A stretch of DNA of 63,998 nucleotides, filler included, from Diploschistes diacapsis (GCA_023645945.1; 10 parts of 10 records of this genome joined end to end with filler, not necessarily neighbours in it); one strand, 5' to 3'; shown: positions 11,484 through 24,484, counted from the whole stretch's first letter. The notes: generated by a model from the letters alone, not told the origin. Numbers and translations are program-made.

Positions 11484-12632
11484 TTATTCATTCAACTCCA
11501 AGTCGCTGGCCCATGGGATTGACTCTAGACAGCCGACCTTCTGAATCGTCTTTGCTGCGGCCTGATTCGCGAATGCGACAGCTACTCCAAGGTTCCACTT
11601 ATTTTGTTGTTTTTGCTTTACCCATTCAACTGCATAGGCGCCAACGAATGTGTCCCTATGGCGGGTCAGCAAGGAAATCTGGCTTGAAAGGACATGACGG
11701 TATCGGGCATACCCAGCACCTGTTGTGTCTATGATACAATCTTGCTCTATCTTCTCTGCTTTGACATGCGTCGGTACTTGCCCTCTCGTGTCCGAATAAA
11801 ACGCTCCATATGCTCCGCAGGTTACGACAGCATACTTCACGCCGAGCTTCAGTAACGTGTCGGTGACAATCTGCCAGTTGCCTCCGGGTTCCGGCTGCCA
11901 ATCGGGTTCAGGACCTGGGGGCTCAACTGGATGACACGATATCGTCGCAGCCTCGGTCTCGTTGACTATTAAATGGGTGATGCCATGGTAGTGGGACTTC
12001 TCAAGGAACCGCGCGGGCGCTGGATTGAATAGTATATCAATATTGTGCTCTTTTGCCGTCTTGATCGCTCTAGCCACCGTATCGTCTTTCAATTCGAGCT
12101 GAGTGATGAGGAGATCGGGCTTCTGCCCGCCGCCATACAGACCCTCTAAATTGCACACGTCTTTTGCCTCCAACTTTTCGTTCGCGCCCGGGTAGTATAG
12201 TATCCTATTTTCCCCAAAGTCTCTTTCTACAATGACGATTCCCACTGCGCTGCTTATCTGGTCAATAGTCTGCACCTTGTCCGCATTGACATGATTTCTC
12301 TTCAAGGCCGCTTGCAGCGACTTGCCAGAAGTGTCGTTGCCCACAGCGCCGGTCATGCTCACGCTAATACCTGTAAAGCCTGGTAGCTTGTAAGCGTTTT
12401 CAGGGACAGTTTCCGTATCCGGCCATCCCGGCGGCTTTAGATGGCTCAAGCGAAAGGCAGCCACTGCAGAATTGGCCCCTTTCCCCCCAGGTTGCATCGT
12501 GAAATCGTCCGAAATGTACGTTTCGCCCTGATTGGGGAGGCGTGCTGTGATGGTAATCATATCCATTACTAACCCGCCGACCACGGCTATGGCGCGCGTG
12601 GAGCCTTCTGCTGGTGCTGTTTCTTCAGCCAT
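11484..12632 (-). CDS. Ribokinase/PfkB-family carbohydrate kinase
   Basis: PGGKGANSAVA, GAVGND, NPAPA, IVNETEA, VVTCGAYGA, and DTTGAG/DTFVGA split by one in-frame intron. Confidence 0.9.
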   Translation of the reverse strand: MAEETAPAEGSTRAIAVVGGLVMDMITITARLPNQGETYISDDFTMQPGGKGANSAVAAFRLSHLKPPGWPDTETVPENAYKLPGFTGISVSMTGAVGNDTSGKSLQAALKRNHVNADKVQTIDQISSAVGIVIVERDFGENRILYYPGANEKLEAKDVCNLEGLYGGGQKPDLLITQLELKDDTVARAIKTAKEHNIDILFNPAPARFLEKSHYHGITHLIVNETEAATISCHPVEPPGPEPDWQPEPGGNWQIVTDTLLKLGVKYAVVTCGAYGAFYSDTRGQVPTHVKAEKIEQDCIIDTTGAGYARYRHVLSSQISLLTRHRDTFVGAYAVEWVKQKQQNKWNLGVAVAFANQAAAKTIQKVGCLESIPWASDLELNE

Positions 12633-12789
12633 TTGTTATTTTGGGGAAAGGGGGGGGGNNNNNNNNNNNNNNNNNNNNNNNNNNNNNNNNNNNNNNNNNN
12701 NNTTAATTAATTAANNNNNNNNNNNNNNNNNNNNNNNNNNNNNNNNNNNNNNNNNNNNCCCCCCCCACACACGGTCTCCTGTCTGCGCT

Positions 12790-12858
12790 TCTGCTCTGCT
12801 CTGCTCTGCTCTGCTCTGCTCTGCTCTGCTCTGCTCTGCTCTGCTCTGCTCTGCTCTG
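12790..12858. repeat. (CTCTG)n microsatellite, followed by a (CTGG)n tract
   Basis: About 13 tandem CTCTG units directly visible. Confidence 0.9.
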
Positions 12859-13637
12859 TTCCTCCTGACCCCTGACCCCTGGCCCTGACCCTGGCCCGTG
12901 CTGGCCTGGCTGGCTGGCTGGCTGGCTGGCTTGAGTGACTGTACGGACTACGGGTACGGGTAAAATGATGTGAGTTTTGAGGTATCAAGGAAAACTTCAA
13001 AGTCAAGAGAGGAAGGGAAGCCAGCGTCACGGGGGGCCGGGGGAAGAGGAGGCCACTTCTTGTAATTAATTCAAAAGTCGATCGCTACGAATATTAATCT
13101 GTCAAATCTCCACGCCCCCCGAACCCTAACCCAATCCTGGGAAAGTGCAATCGAGTTTCCATCTATCCACGCCGTCGAGTGCTCGCCTACCCCCCGATCG
13201 GCCCATCAAAGGTACCGCCACGGATGCCTCCTCCCACGTGGCCAAATGGAAAAGAAAAGGGAATCAAATTGTGCTTGTGAGCTTCGAACCGATTGATAGC
13301 AGCAAATGGATATCTCCGCAAAAGATCCTTGTTTCTCCTTCCAGAGAGCGAGTTCCTCGCAAAACAAAATGCAGGTAGGAGATCCGGCGTCGGAACCGAG
13401 AACGGGAAAATAAGTCAATACGCAGAGGAGCCGCCCCCAAACGCCCGGGTCAATTCGCCAGAAAATGAAAGAATGCTGATATGCTGGTGGGCTAGACCGA
13501 GAAGTGGTGGGGGGGGGGGCAAGCGTCGTTCTTCAGTATCGACGCTGGGTAACGATTGCGGCCGCTGCATTGTAATCTACAGAGGAGCTCCGAGGCGATG
13601 GGTGAATTGGACCATTACTTCGTTTCAGTCAAAGTGC

Positions 13638-16600
13638 TTAGCTTGTTTGGAGTGGGGACTGCGAGCGACTAGCGACGGCAGCAGCATAAAGCTCCGGGTT
13701 GTCCTCGACGACAAAATCTTCGCCATGAGCTCTTTCCTTCGCGCTCTCGCCAATGTTGAACTCGCAGTGGTACTTGAGATAGCTCTTCCCGTCGTTGAAG
13801 ATCTCGATGATGTCTCCGGTATACAGCTTGCCGATCTTGAAAGGGCCGTTGGGCGGAGACTGCTTTAGTCGGACATTGTTGACTTTGATGCCGTTGCGAC
13901 TGCGGGTCATGATGACTGCGTATACTTCCTCCATATTACGCCAGTCGAGGTTTTGCGCGATAGGCTTGTCCTTCTCCGATGTCCAGAAATAGATGTCCAT
14001 TCCGTTCTTGGGTACCCGAGTGTCGGTCGGATTAGGGTAGACGTGGGTGGAGTCTGGAGCGCGACCCCAGATTGTCATGCGAGAGTTCAAGATCAGGGGC
14101 AGAGTACTAAAACACCCTGACAGTGGCGTGAGCGTACCAATCTGGGCACCCTGCAGGCGTAAAGCATTAATGCCTTGGCTGACGGAGTGGGAGAAGTCGT
14201 CTTCTTCAGCGAAGACGAGCTTGGTTTCGGAGGGCGACTTGTTTGCGCAAGTCATGGACTTCTTCGCTGCGGGTTCTCCATCGGAGGATGACTCGAAGTC
14301 AGCTGCGCTCATTACTTCTGCGAGACGATGTCGCTTTCCCTTCTGCATCGACAGAGTCGATAGCTTGGTGTTGTCCTTTACTATACTTTGTCGATTGAAG
14401 CTCTGGTTATCTACGCCGTTCAAAGTTTGTTCGGCGCCAGAAAGACTAGCGGAGCTGGTTGACCTTTGGCTTGCTTCAAGTGCCATACTTTGTCCGGCGC
14501 CAGAGAGATCAATGGAGCTGGTCGACCATTTGCTTGCTTGAGTTGCCTTCTCGCTGCGATGAATAACGGGATGCTGAGATGCGCCAAATACACCTGACTC
14601 AGATGCTAGCGCAGCATCGTCCGTTACTTCGCCAAACAGGGGCGCTCGAACAGGTCTTCCCAACATGCCTGCGTTTGTAGGCACGGGATCACTTCTTGTA
14701 ACATTCCCCTGGACCCAACCTTCGAGCGCCGACGGGTTCGAAATGTCTGATAGCTGGCTGATGCTCGATATTGCCGAAGATCTTGCTTCGTCAGGCTGAA
14801 CGTAGAGTTGCGCTTCGTGTAGCAGTCTCTGGCGGAATACCGCAACCGTCGCTGGACGATCTTCGCTAGAACGAATGATTGAGCCAGGTCCAAGATCAGG
14901 GTACCCCAATGCTGGCCGAACCGTGTGATTTGAGTCATCGCCAGCAGATTCACTGACTGAGCTAAGTACAGACGGCTTATCGTCCGACAATGAGTTGACA
15001 CACTCTGCTTGCGGTATCATAGAGTTCTCGATCGCCTCCGCAAACCGATCGTCAGTAGAGGTCGAGTCGCGAACAAGGCCCGGTACTTCAGAATCTGGAT
15101 CCGGTAATAGACCTTCAGCGGCTCTAGCGAAGCTCTCCGACTCATCGAACCCGTTGAACTCGTCATCACCCCATCGGCTGTTCTCATCTTCTTCTTCGAG
15201 AGTCTCCAGTTTCGAATCAGCGAAGCTCTCCGTGTCTTCAAGTCTCGGTACGGGCACGACGTCGGCAACGTTTTTCAGCCATTCATAGCCTAGCAGCTCC
15301 TTTGCGCTTGGTCGAAGCTGAGCAGCTACGTTCAACATGTTTGTCAGCAACAGGAGACCGCTCGGTTGTATCTTGGGAGGCGAGATATCTGCAAAGTCCA
15401 AATAATCGTAGAGGATCGAGTGGAGCATCTTGTAGCCTTGATCTTCCGCTGTGCCCTTATAGGGCGGTTTGGAAGCTATGAAGTAGTATAGAACTGTCCC
15501 AAGGGACCATATATCAACAGCTGAGCTGTAGGGCGCGGGAGTGCTATTAGTAGGTTAGAACTAGCCACTAAAGCCAAGTAACGCGCGCTGGCTTACCTTC
15601 TGTAGCGACGTGTGCGGGGAGCTCCATTTTTCATCTGCTCAAAGTCGGGATAAACCTCTGGAGCGCAGTACAACAGCGTGCCACAGAAAGTTATCAGAGC
15701 GCCCTTATCATCCTTGTCAATCATCTTGGATAGACCAAAATCAGATAACTTGACGATCCATGGGTCCTTGCTGTACACAAGAAGGTTCTCAGGCTTGATA
15801 TCTCTATGAACGACGCCGTTGCTATGAATATAGTTGAGCGCGTGCAGGAGCTGCTTGGTGACTGATCTGAGAACTGGTTCGCCGAGGAAGTTTTCCTTCC
15901 GTATGTAGGGTGCCATGTCACCGCATGGCACGAACTCCATAACGATGAATAGATGGTGTGGGTCGAGATGCCAATCATGGAAAGTGACTATATGAGGCTG
16001 CGAACTTCTATTAGCTTGGATTACTATAACATTTGAGTCATCACACATACGTGATCGACTTTCTTCATGATGTTTAGCTCGTTGTAGAACTTGGTGTCGA
16101 CTATGCCGTTCTTCACAAATGCGGACCTATCTATGCGTTTTGCAGCAAAGATTTCACCCTGGTCTGCTGTAGCTACTTTGAAGACAATAGCAAAAGCGCC
16201 TTTGCCTATCTCTCCGATGGGATTGTACTTTCCGTTGCCATCCCAGCCCAATGCCCAGGAAAACCGTGCCGTACCTGCTGTCAGTAGATCGAAGTTGCCA
16301 CGGCCGGCTGGCTCCGGTGGCTTGATGAAGGTTGGAACATCTGGACGTGTAGCTTGCTTTGCTTCCTGTATCCTCAGTAGATATTCTCGTAGGTTTGCCT
16401 TATAGCACGAATCGTCTTTGCGTTGTGGCAGTTTGACAATAAATCTGGCCTTTTCTACTGTATTGGTGGCCCTGTCCCCATTTGTGACAACCTCGATCAT
16501 TGAGCCATGATTGAGCATCCTACGTCTGTTTGTTCTTGTCAGGAAGACATCATCAACCCAGGTACCATTGGTCGAGAGATCTTGCAGCATGAGCACCCCA

Positions 16601-17112
16601 TACTCGTTCACCCAGATGCGAAAATGCATTCCACTCACACGGATGTCGCCGGCAGTGTTGGTACGCATTACAACATCCGCCTTCGTGGGTTCACGACCGA
16701 ATACGAAGCCGATGTTGAGGTCTTTCACCTCGGACGAAGTCCTCAAGGCGATATCCAAATTAGGCGGTTCCTTGGACTCATCGGGTTCCTGAAAGGAACC
16801 ATAGTCCTTAGGAGGCGGTATCTGACTTCCTCCCTCAAGTGGTAAGGCCTCGACTTTTTCTGTTTCAACTATGACTTCTTCCATCTGGAGATCGTCTTCT
16901 TCGTCAGTACCCTCTGCAGTAAGACCAGGCTTCTGGTGTTGAAGGATGTGGTATGGCGTAAACTTCCACACGAGCTTAGCAATCCGGATAGCTGACTCTG
17001 AAGATGGATGAAGAATGCAGATAACATCGTCATACTCAGGCAAGGAAAATGCACCGCCAGAACGTCTACCATCCCATTGCAGCTGCGTCGAAGGCTGGGT
17101 CAACAGTTCCAT
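13638..17112 (-). CDS. Rad53/Chk2-family checkpoint kinase (TQ motifs, FHA, kinase, second FHA-like domain), 3 exons
   Basis: N-terminal TQPSTQ; FHA1 (FVFGRE..SGMHFRI..DLSTNGTWVD); kinase (IGKGAFA, HRDIKPEN, DFG, FCGTLLYCAPE); C-terminal FHA-like domain (WGRAP..DTRVPK..SRNGIKVN). Confidence 0.85.
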
Positions 17113-20100
17113 TTTTATGGAAGTGAATATCAAAGCAAATAAAAATTAAAACCAAGGCTTGGAAGCCACGCTGATAATCAGAAGCGTGGGGTTTGAATGC
17201 TTGAACGGGTTTCGAGATTCCCATCAAAAGTAAAGGCTAACTTGAGTTGAACCTGGAGTAAGGGCGGAGTCGAAGAAGCCCAAACGATGGTTCTTTTAGA
17301 TAACCTCGGGTTAGTGGCGAACTCTCGTGAGCAACTTCTCTGCTACAGATTGGCACAAAGGCAGACCTAATTCGGCCAAGTCACCGAGACAACAAGTCTG
17401 TGGGAGTTCGAAGAGGTTACAGATGCGGTGGAGATTCCTTTGCGTGCCTCACCTAGGCAACGATGGTAAAGGGCGAGGGTCCAAACGGAAGAAGTGTAAG
17501 AGAAGAAAGGAGGGCTTTGAACTGGATTCGGGTTCCATGCTCTATTCACGGGTGCACTCTAGTATCGGAGTGTCTACTTCATAGTCCTTTCCCTGCAGAT
17601 TGCCCGACCCAGCAATGACAGCAGTGACGGCGCGTCGGTTTACTCAAAGATGACCCGGCACCTTTGGAACTGACGGCTAGGTAAAGTCCGGAATAAAGAA
17701 GCAGTTCGGAGCACAATTTGAATCCTACATGATGAACGCGCCATTAGCACAACCTTCGACACATCTAGCAGCGGAAGAGGGAACTTGATAGAAGGTAAAA
17801 AGCTACTCAAAGATCGTGCAGCTAAAAAGAAGAAAAACAAGTCTGAACAAAATCCATGATGCTCTCCAATACCTCATTTTGAGTGAGTTTTAGTCGTATT
17901 TGCCTGCGATTAAGCGAGATGTCGAAACACTACCTTGTTCTACAGCGAGACTCCTTCATCGCGTTTCTTCGGCACATAGTGGTGAAACACATTCCCAAGG
18001 AATCAGGGCTCCGGAGATTCCAACATTAATATCCTGCAAGAGCACAAATAGCAATAAGCTCAAGAAGCTTCAGATTAAGTGGCAGCGTTGCGTTGCTTCA
18101 GTTCCAGTAAGTGTTCGTCGCTTCACTTCGCCAGCTTCGGCCCGGGACATCCCGCTAGACAGTGAGTCCGAGATAGGGGTATAAAGGCCAAAGAGATTCG
18201 CTTGGTATGGCTTTCAAAGTCTTCCTGTCAAAGGAAAGCTTGGGTGTCCCTGATCCTCGAAAAAGGGAAAATCCCGACGGTACCTTTAAGGTAGCCTCCC
18301 AGCCACGTGCTTGAAGTAATTAAGATCGACTCCTGACGCTGCTTTACTTGGTGCAGCGTATACAACTCAGCCTTATCGACCGTTATGTGCTCTTTATCCT
18401 TGAAGAAGAGGGTACCACCGATGGCCACGATAGCCAATTGGGCGCGGTGTGGGGCTCCTCGAAAGAGCGTTATAAAAGAGAGGCATTGCGTAGCGGCAGA
18501 TGAAGTCACATATAGCAATGCAGACCAATGACGGCGAGCTTGACTAGGATATGCCAAGAAGTCACGTACAAGCACAGATCTCAACGCCACGACTGCAGAA
18601 GCTGATGTGAACTTGCAGGCAGAGCTCGTTGAAAGAACAAGAAGGTATTGCGAGTCCCCAGACAGCGGTAGAGTCATTGCTTCAGAGCCAGGTAAGCTCT
18701 TAACTCGAGCTTTGCGGAATTCAGCCCGACGCGAGACATCCGATATAGCTGCTCATGTTCTGTTCGCGAATCTAATCCCGGCTTCGGTAAAGAGATTTGC
18801 GTGTGATCCTGGATCCATATATGATGCCCAGTATTCCAGCAAAGCCTTATGATTATGGACCTCGGTAGAAATTTCCAACGGAATTCAAGATTTGCACCAA
18901 CGGAAGACGGATATAATGAGGATAGCAGACCTGTCGTATACGCTAGGAAAACAGCCAAAACTTACTCTCCGAAATATCCAAGTTTTGATATATTATCTCG
19001 CTTCAAGAGAAGCTACTTCTTGTCTCGCAAAGGCAGACGGCGTGTATCGACTCCCTCCCCAATTACATGTCCCGAAATGGTAGCAGGTTTTCCTCCTCTT
19101 GCTCGTGACTGACGTCAACCCGCTCACACAGGCAGGCTCGAAGGGTAGAGTTGGGTGAGGTAGAGGTTTTGTCCTATGCCAATGGGCTCTGACCAGCTTG
19201 GATCTATCGCCTCGTTAGAAGCAGCCACATAAGATAGGGGCGGATACAAACTTAGTTAAACCCTATGCTCTCCTCTGCAGCTCGCGGAAGTCTGTCCGGA
19301 AGGCCACCGAGTCCCGAAAGTTATATGCTCGAAGCAAGTTTCGCGAAACTGAGTCGGCGGTCTCAGCAGCGCCGTGGAGCAGCGGGATAGACTTCACAGA
19401 TGAACCAATTCGATGCAAGGCAGAAAGAAACACTTTAGAACGCCCAAGAACGAGAACGCTGAACGAACAAGTGCCGAGCAAACAAGGAGGAAGTGAGAAG
19501 GCGGAACCTGCAGCAGCAGACGTCAGGTATAGTAACCTGTGATTTCATCGCCTGGGCAGACCGACAGCAAGCTTCTTGCGTGGATCTTTCAACATGGCAG
19601 AAGCGCTTCACAGCCAGGCCGAAGAAAAAATTGCCTTCAGGCCCGCTGTTCGACCACACGGAAGGTGCCCGGACAACCAAACTCTTGCATGCAAAATGTG
19701 CAGATACCCGCCACGGAAAAATCAAAACAACATGGGGCAAACAAAGTTTCACGCTTGCTTTTTGACTGTTGAGTGCTGATCTTCCAAACTGCTTACCACG
19801 CCGACTAATTCGAACTTGCCCCCCTCCCCCCCAAAACGAACCAATAAACGCGCCCAGGACACGGTGCGAGACATGACATGTCAAGCCGTTGCTGGGATGG
19901 AGTGTGGGCAAAAACACCTGGGCAAACTGGGCAGAAGAAGCCCCTCCCGATTCCCCGGAGCCGGTTGGTTTTTGCTGGGTGGGGGACTCGACTCTTTTGA
20001 ATTGCTTTGCTCAGGGATTTCATTTCAATCTTACAAACTCTTTCGCATTGCTGACTACGACGCTAGGTACCTCATTGGATGCGAAAAAACTTTCTGCATC

Positions 20101-20559
20101 ATCATTCGAGTCCGGCGCTGAGAACTCGTGCCGTGTTGTGGTCTTTTGGCTAGTCCTGGACTCCTGAATCCACCGCTCCTCCCCTAGATTTCCAGTACCA
20201 ACACCGTTTGGCTTTATACTCTTTCGGTAATCTGCGGCAATCTACGGCAATCAACGGCAATCTGACAGGCGAAGACGCAGGTCCTTGACTTCCCCTCTCG
20301 TGGAGGGCGGCCTGTGCTAGTAGTAGGTGCAATGACCGCACCACTTTGAAGTTGACAACTTTAGTTAATCCCTCAGTTCGGGGGCAAGTCCGTTATCAAG
20401 TACCGCTGGCTCGCAATTCAAACAGATTCAGACTAACGCTAAGACCTGTAATATTTAACGTCGCTGCCTCCAGACCGCGAGGCGATGCAAGCAAATGTGC
20501 CCCCAATGTGCTTCCTCTGGACCACGAAAATGACATCCCTTGCTGGGCCGCGATGGCCT

Positions 20560-21166
20560 CTACTTGTTTCCATCATTGAGGTAGGATGGAACAGCGGGAC
20601 CGCCTCGCTGCCCCAAGGCACCTCCGACGTCTACATTAGATTCCCGTTGTTGCTTGACTTGCTCGCGCATACCAGACTGCTCCGCCTTCTTTCTGTCCAG
20701 GTCGCTTGCTAGATCTTTCTGCTCTCCGAACCCGGTTTTCTTGAACTGTTGTTCGTAGACATCGCCTTCGCCAGGTGGCCGCATTTGATCGCCTTCGGTA
20801 CCGCTAACGCCTTGTGATATCTACGCGTGGAATCAGTATTTGTTGCGAAACGGCGTTGTATATGGCACCGGCAGCAAGCTCCAAGCAGGTGGCATGCGGC
20901 AATGGAGTCTTCACAGAGCTTACACTGGATCCTTTGTCACCGCTCGAGTCTCTGGCTCCGTATCCTAACGAAGTCGACGTCGCGGCCTGGTCGTGGTTTG
21001 AAGGGACGGGCACATCACCTTGCTCGCGTGCTTCGACTAAAGATCCAACATTTGAGTTTTCGTTTACAGATGCAGTGCGTTGTTCTTGAGGGTTCTGATC
21101 GGCAGGATTGCCGGCCGTATTGTAGACCGTATCCAGTGGAGGTTGAGAGGGGCCTTGGGGATCCAT
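20560..21166 (-). CDS. Small hydrophilic hypothetical protein (2 exons)
   Basis: Exon 1 MDPQGPSQPPLDTVYNT... ends at a GTAAGC donor. Exon 2 reads ...QMRPPGEGDVYEQQFKKTGFGEQKDLASDLDRKKAEQ. Confidence 0.7.
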
Positions 21167-21533
21167 TGCGCATTAAGCGTGGACCTGTACATCAAGCTCT
21201 GTAGTAGTGCTGAAGTGATGCGCAGCTGGCTTGATTTAGCTCTTTACTCACAAGTTTATGGGTAATGTACCAGAAGAGCCTGTGTGTCAAGAGGTCCAAG
21301 GTGGTAAGATAACAAGATAGTGTCTGCGATTGTGTTGACATTGTGACGTAGTTTAAGCCCCCACATGCAAAAGTAGAATTGCACGAGCTCCGGGCACTGA
21401 TTGTTCCTGCTCCGTTGAAGGCCCGATACCGAAATGAGCCAGCTTCAATTTGCGTACATTATCGGGCTCGAAACCAAGACGGGCTTAAGAATGATAATAG
21501 AAGATTTCATCAGAGGTCAGGAAAGCTGATAGC

Positions 21534-22211
21534 TCATGTGTCCCGGTCACTCCTGGGTTTCGGTGGATTGGTGGGAAGTCTATCCCTCCACGGACTGTAG
21601 GGTGCAGCAACAACATGCGGTCCAGTTGCAGACTCGGATTGCTGCGGTTCTGCTGCGGTAGGTTGACGCCTCTCCTGTTCGTGCAACGAGTCAAGCGCAT
21701 CTCCCGCCACGTGATACTTTGCCCAATTTATTGGAGGGCAGCGAACGACATTCTGTGCCTGCGGAACTCGTCCAAAGTCCTGGTCAAGCGCCGTAGACTC
21801 ATCCGAGAGGGCCTTTTTGGGTTGATTTGACTGGGTATCGTCTCCAGAAGATTCGCCATCTTCGTGGGTGCCAAGGAAACCTTGCTGAGACGCTTTTCGT
21901 ACTTGACCGGCTTTCAGAGCTTTTGTGAAGGCCTCAGGATCCGCCAACGCCAATTCTTTCTGTCGGTTGAGCCTCTGCACGTCCTGGATGGAACGTAGCC
22001 GCTGGATCTGCAATATCGACAATGCAGAACGTAAGGCTATGGCATCTGGATTCGAGCTTTCCGAAATGGGAACGGGAGGTGGCATATCAAGAGTCGGCAT
22101 GGAGGGCTCAGGAGTCAGCGGCGAGTACGGTGGAGGAGTAGGAGATCGGTTCGATTCCTGCTCTAGTTTGGCCGGTGGAGCTCCTTCTGGGGGCTTGCTG
22201 AAGGAGGACAT
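21534..22211 (-). CDS. Conserved fungal hypothetical protein (Ahc2/ZZZ3-related motif)
   Basis: NPDAIALRSALSILQIQR...LADPEAF...PQAQNVVRCPPINWAKY. Family assignment is from recollection of the motif only. Confidence 0.65.
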   Translation of the reverse strand: MSSFSKPPEGAPPAKLEQESNRSPTPPPYSPLTPEPSMPTLDMPPPVPISESSNPDAIALRSALSILQIQRLRSIQDVQRLNRQKELALADPEAFTKALKAGQVRKASQQGFLGTHEDGESSGDDTQSNQPKKALSDESTALDQDFGRVPQAQNVVRCPPINWAKYHVAGDALDSLHEQERRQPTAAEPQQSESATGPHVVAAPYSPWRDRLPTNPPKPRSDRDT

Positions 22212-22786
22212 GGATCGGAAAAGCGCTAGAGTAGTGATGATAGTGGGGAAGTAAAATGGAGTGTTCGACTTAGAATTAAGAGGTTTATGGGGGGGTAAAG
22301 CCCGATTTCAATCGCGATGTACTGATTGAGAGAGAACATTAGCTTCCCAGCATAGTGGGAGTAACGGAAACTTCACTATATGGGAAGGAGGCTCACAATG
22401 TAGGTGCTTTCAATATGCTGCCTGGATTTGTTATATTACTTTGTGCGTGTGCTAGGCTTGGCAGTCGGATACTGCTGAGTATTAATGGGGTATAACAATT
22501 GGCTCGGAATTCTTACCGCCACCGCTCTGCAGGTAATCCTCTTTCACAAGTCATCCGCCTATATAAGTCATCCGCTTATCTACCCCCCTTTTATATGTTT
22601 TTAATTTATAATTTCATATATCTTAACCATTATTATATTAATTGATATTTAGAAATACGTTAAGTCGCTCTTGCTTACTAAGTTACTATGCGCCTCGATC
22701 ATCGTGATTCCTATTTATACAAGCCCCCTTTTCAGCCTCCTTTTCAGCCTCCTTTCCAGCTTTTATTCAGCATGGAGGTGTTGATA

Positions 22787-22985
22787 ACGTGATTCACCAC
22801 GAAACGGAACACCCCACGAAGCGGAACACTACATTATAATGTAATTGCGTTAGATCGAGCGCTTCCATATTTGTACAAAGCTAAATCTGTTCTCAACTAC
22901 ACTACCCCGTTCTTCGGCCTTTTTTTGATTACATTATATGTAGTGTTCCGCTTCGTGGGGTGTTCCGTTTCGTGGTGAATCACGT
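22787..22985. mobile_element. Fot1/pogo-type MITE (199 bp)
   Basis: TIRs ACGTGATTCACCACGAAACGGAACACCCCACGAAGCGGAACACTACAT with an internal direct repeat, TA flanks. Confidence 0.88.
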
Positions 22986-23329
22986 TACCAAGGAAGATTA
23001 GAAACGGCTCTCTGTGATTGGCTGATGTGATTCTTTAATTATCCACCTAGAGGAGGGCACCTGCATGAAACAAGATCTCTAGTAAGCCGAGGCGATCGAT
23101 TCCGTCAGGCATATAATTGACTTTCTGCATTTGATCCTGCGTGTACCTACAGAGTACTTACTACTTGTTGTGTTGCTCTATCACGATGTTGTCTTTCATG
23201 CAACCTCCTGGTACAACTGAAATGGACGGTGAGCCGCTCTCTTATTCTGTAACTTCTTAGTTATCTTGTATGTCCTGTTCATCAATGGGTGTTGACATCA
23301 GTTGCTGCATGGTGGTGCTCTGACATGAC

Positions 23330-24484
23330 ATGACAGAACTGAAGGCCAATACTCGTTCTCTGGATTTGACGGATCAGGTCGGCCATTTCTCGACAGATAA
23401 AATGCATAGTCAAAGTTCGACATCAATGCAGAATGACCATGCCCTACCAATAGAGACAGCTCAGCAACAAAGCGGACAGCCGGTGCGTCCTCACACAGCC
23501 GGGTCAAGCGTCCAGTGGGAGGAGAAGTCTAGCATGACCAGGCCTCTATCTGTGAGGAATATCCGCAAGTCGATGCTGCGGCAAGTCGGAACCGAGCCGT
23601 CGACGACCGAATCTCAAGCTTCGTCCCAAACTCGGAAAACCAAGTCTACGGTCCTCAACTTCTTCTCTGCAAAGGAACCTTCTTCTCAGGCACTGCGAGA
23701 GTATGAAGACCTGTTGAGGAAGCAACAAAACCAGAAAAAAGGGCGTGTCTCCGCGGTCGGAATGCCCATGACAGCTGCTACCAAACTTCCTGCCCACGTC
23801 CCAAAGGTAAACTCCAAATGGGATGGCCTTCCAGAGTCTACGCACCGCAAGCAAGATGGCAGAAAAATTCCAAAGGCAAGTCCCTCAACAAGTAGTAGCA
23901 GGCTTTCTTCAGCGCAAACCTCTCACGGCAGCGCACTGTTCTACCAGACCCAAAACGACTCGAAGACCTCTTATCAGCATACCAAGTCTTCATTGGACAG
24001 TCCAGTTCCGAGCTTCGACGATCTGTGTCTGCACTATTCCGGCAATGGCAGCCCGTATCGGAACGACACTTCAAACTCATCGCTCGACACAACTTCACTA
24101 GCTTCTCAGCACTATACTCTCTCATCTTCTGACTCCACCGCGGCGGACTATCTACTTCGCACGCAGTCAACATCGGACGCCCAGGAAGGCGCTGTCCCTA
24201 CTGTGAACACGTCAAGTCTTGAGACCACTGCAAACTTTGACGCCCAAGATTCAAGGCTCGCTACATGGTTGCCCTTCCAAAACGCTTCGACATCTTCCTC
24301 TACCACAAACGTCAAGTCTCCGCAAAACATCAATCAAAGTTCCTATAAAATTCCAAAAGAAAGGGATCGGGACATGTTGTCCTCTGCTGGTACGGTCTCT
24401 TCGATCAGTTCTCAATCAAGTAGCAGCATCTTAAGTAAGATGAAATCCGAGAACTTGATTCGTCTGATCAAGTCGAGGAAATAA
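23330..24484 (+). CDS. Ser/Thr-rich hypothetical protein
   Basis: 384-aa ORF with a conserved-looking core FFSAKEPSSQALREYE...TKLPAHVPKVNSKWDGLP. Start may be 23402. Confidence 0.7.
   Translation: MTELKANTRSLDLTDQVGHFSTDKMHSQSSTSMQNDHALPIETAQQQSGQPVRPHTAGSSVQWEEKSSMTRPLSVRNIRKSMLRQVGTEPSTTESQASSQTRKTKSTVLNFFSAKEPSSQALREYEDLLRKQQNQKKGRVSAVGMPMTAATKLPAHVPKVNSKWDGLPESTHRKQDGRKIPKASPSTSSSRLSSAQTSHGSALFYQTQNDSKTSYQHTKSSLDSPVPSFDDLCLHYSGNGSPYRNDTSNSSLDTTSLASQHYTLSSSDSTAADYLLRTQSTSDAQEGAVPTVNTSSLETTANFDAQDSRLATWLPFQNASTSSSTTNVKSPQNINQSSYKIPKERDRDMLSSAGTVSSISSQSSSSILSKMKSENLIRLIKSRK

Noticed and set aside
22530..22740. Possible Fot1-like terminus with AAGTCATCCGC direct repeat and AT-rich tail
   Set aside because: No partner TIR or TSD found in the window, so not called as a feature.
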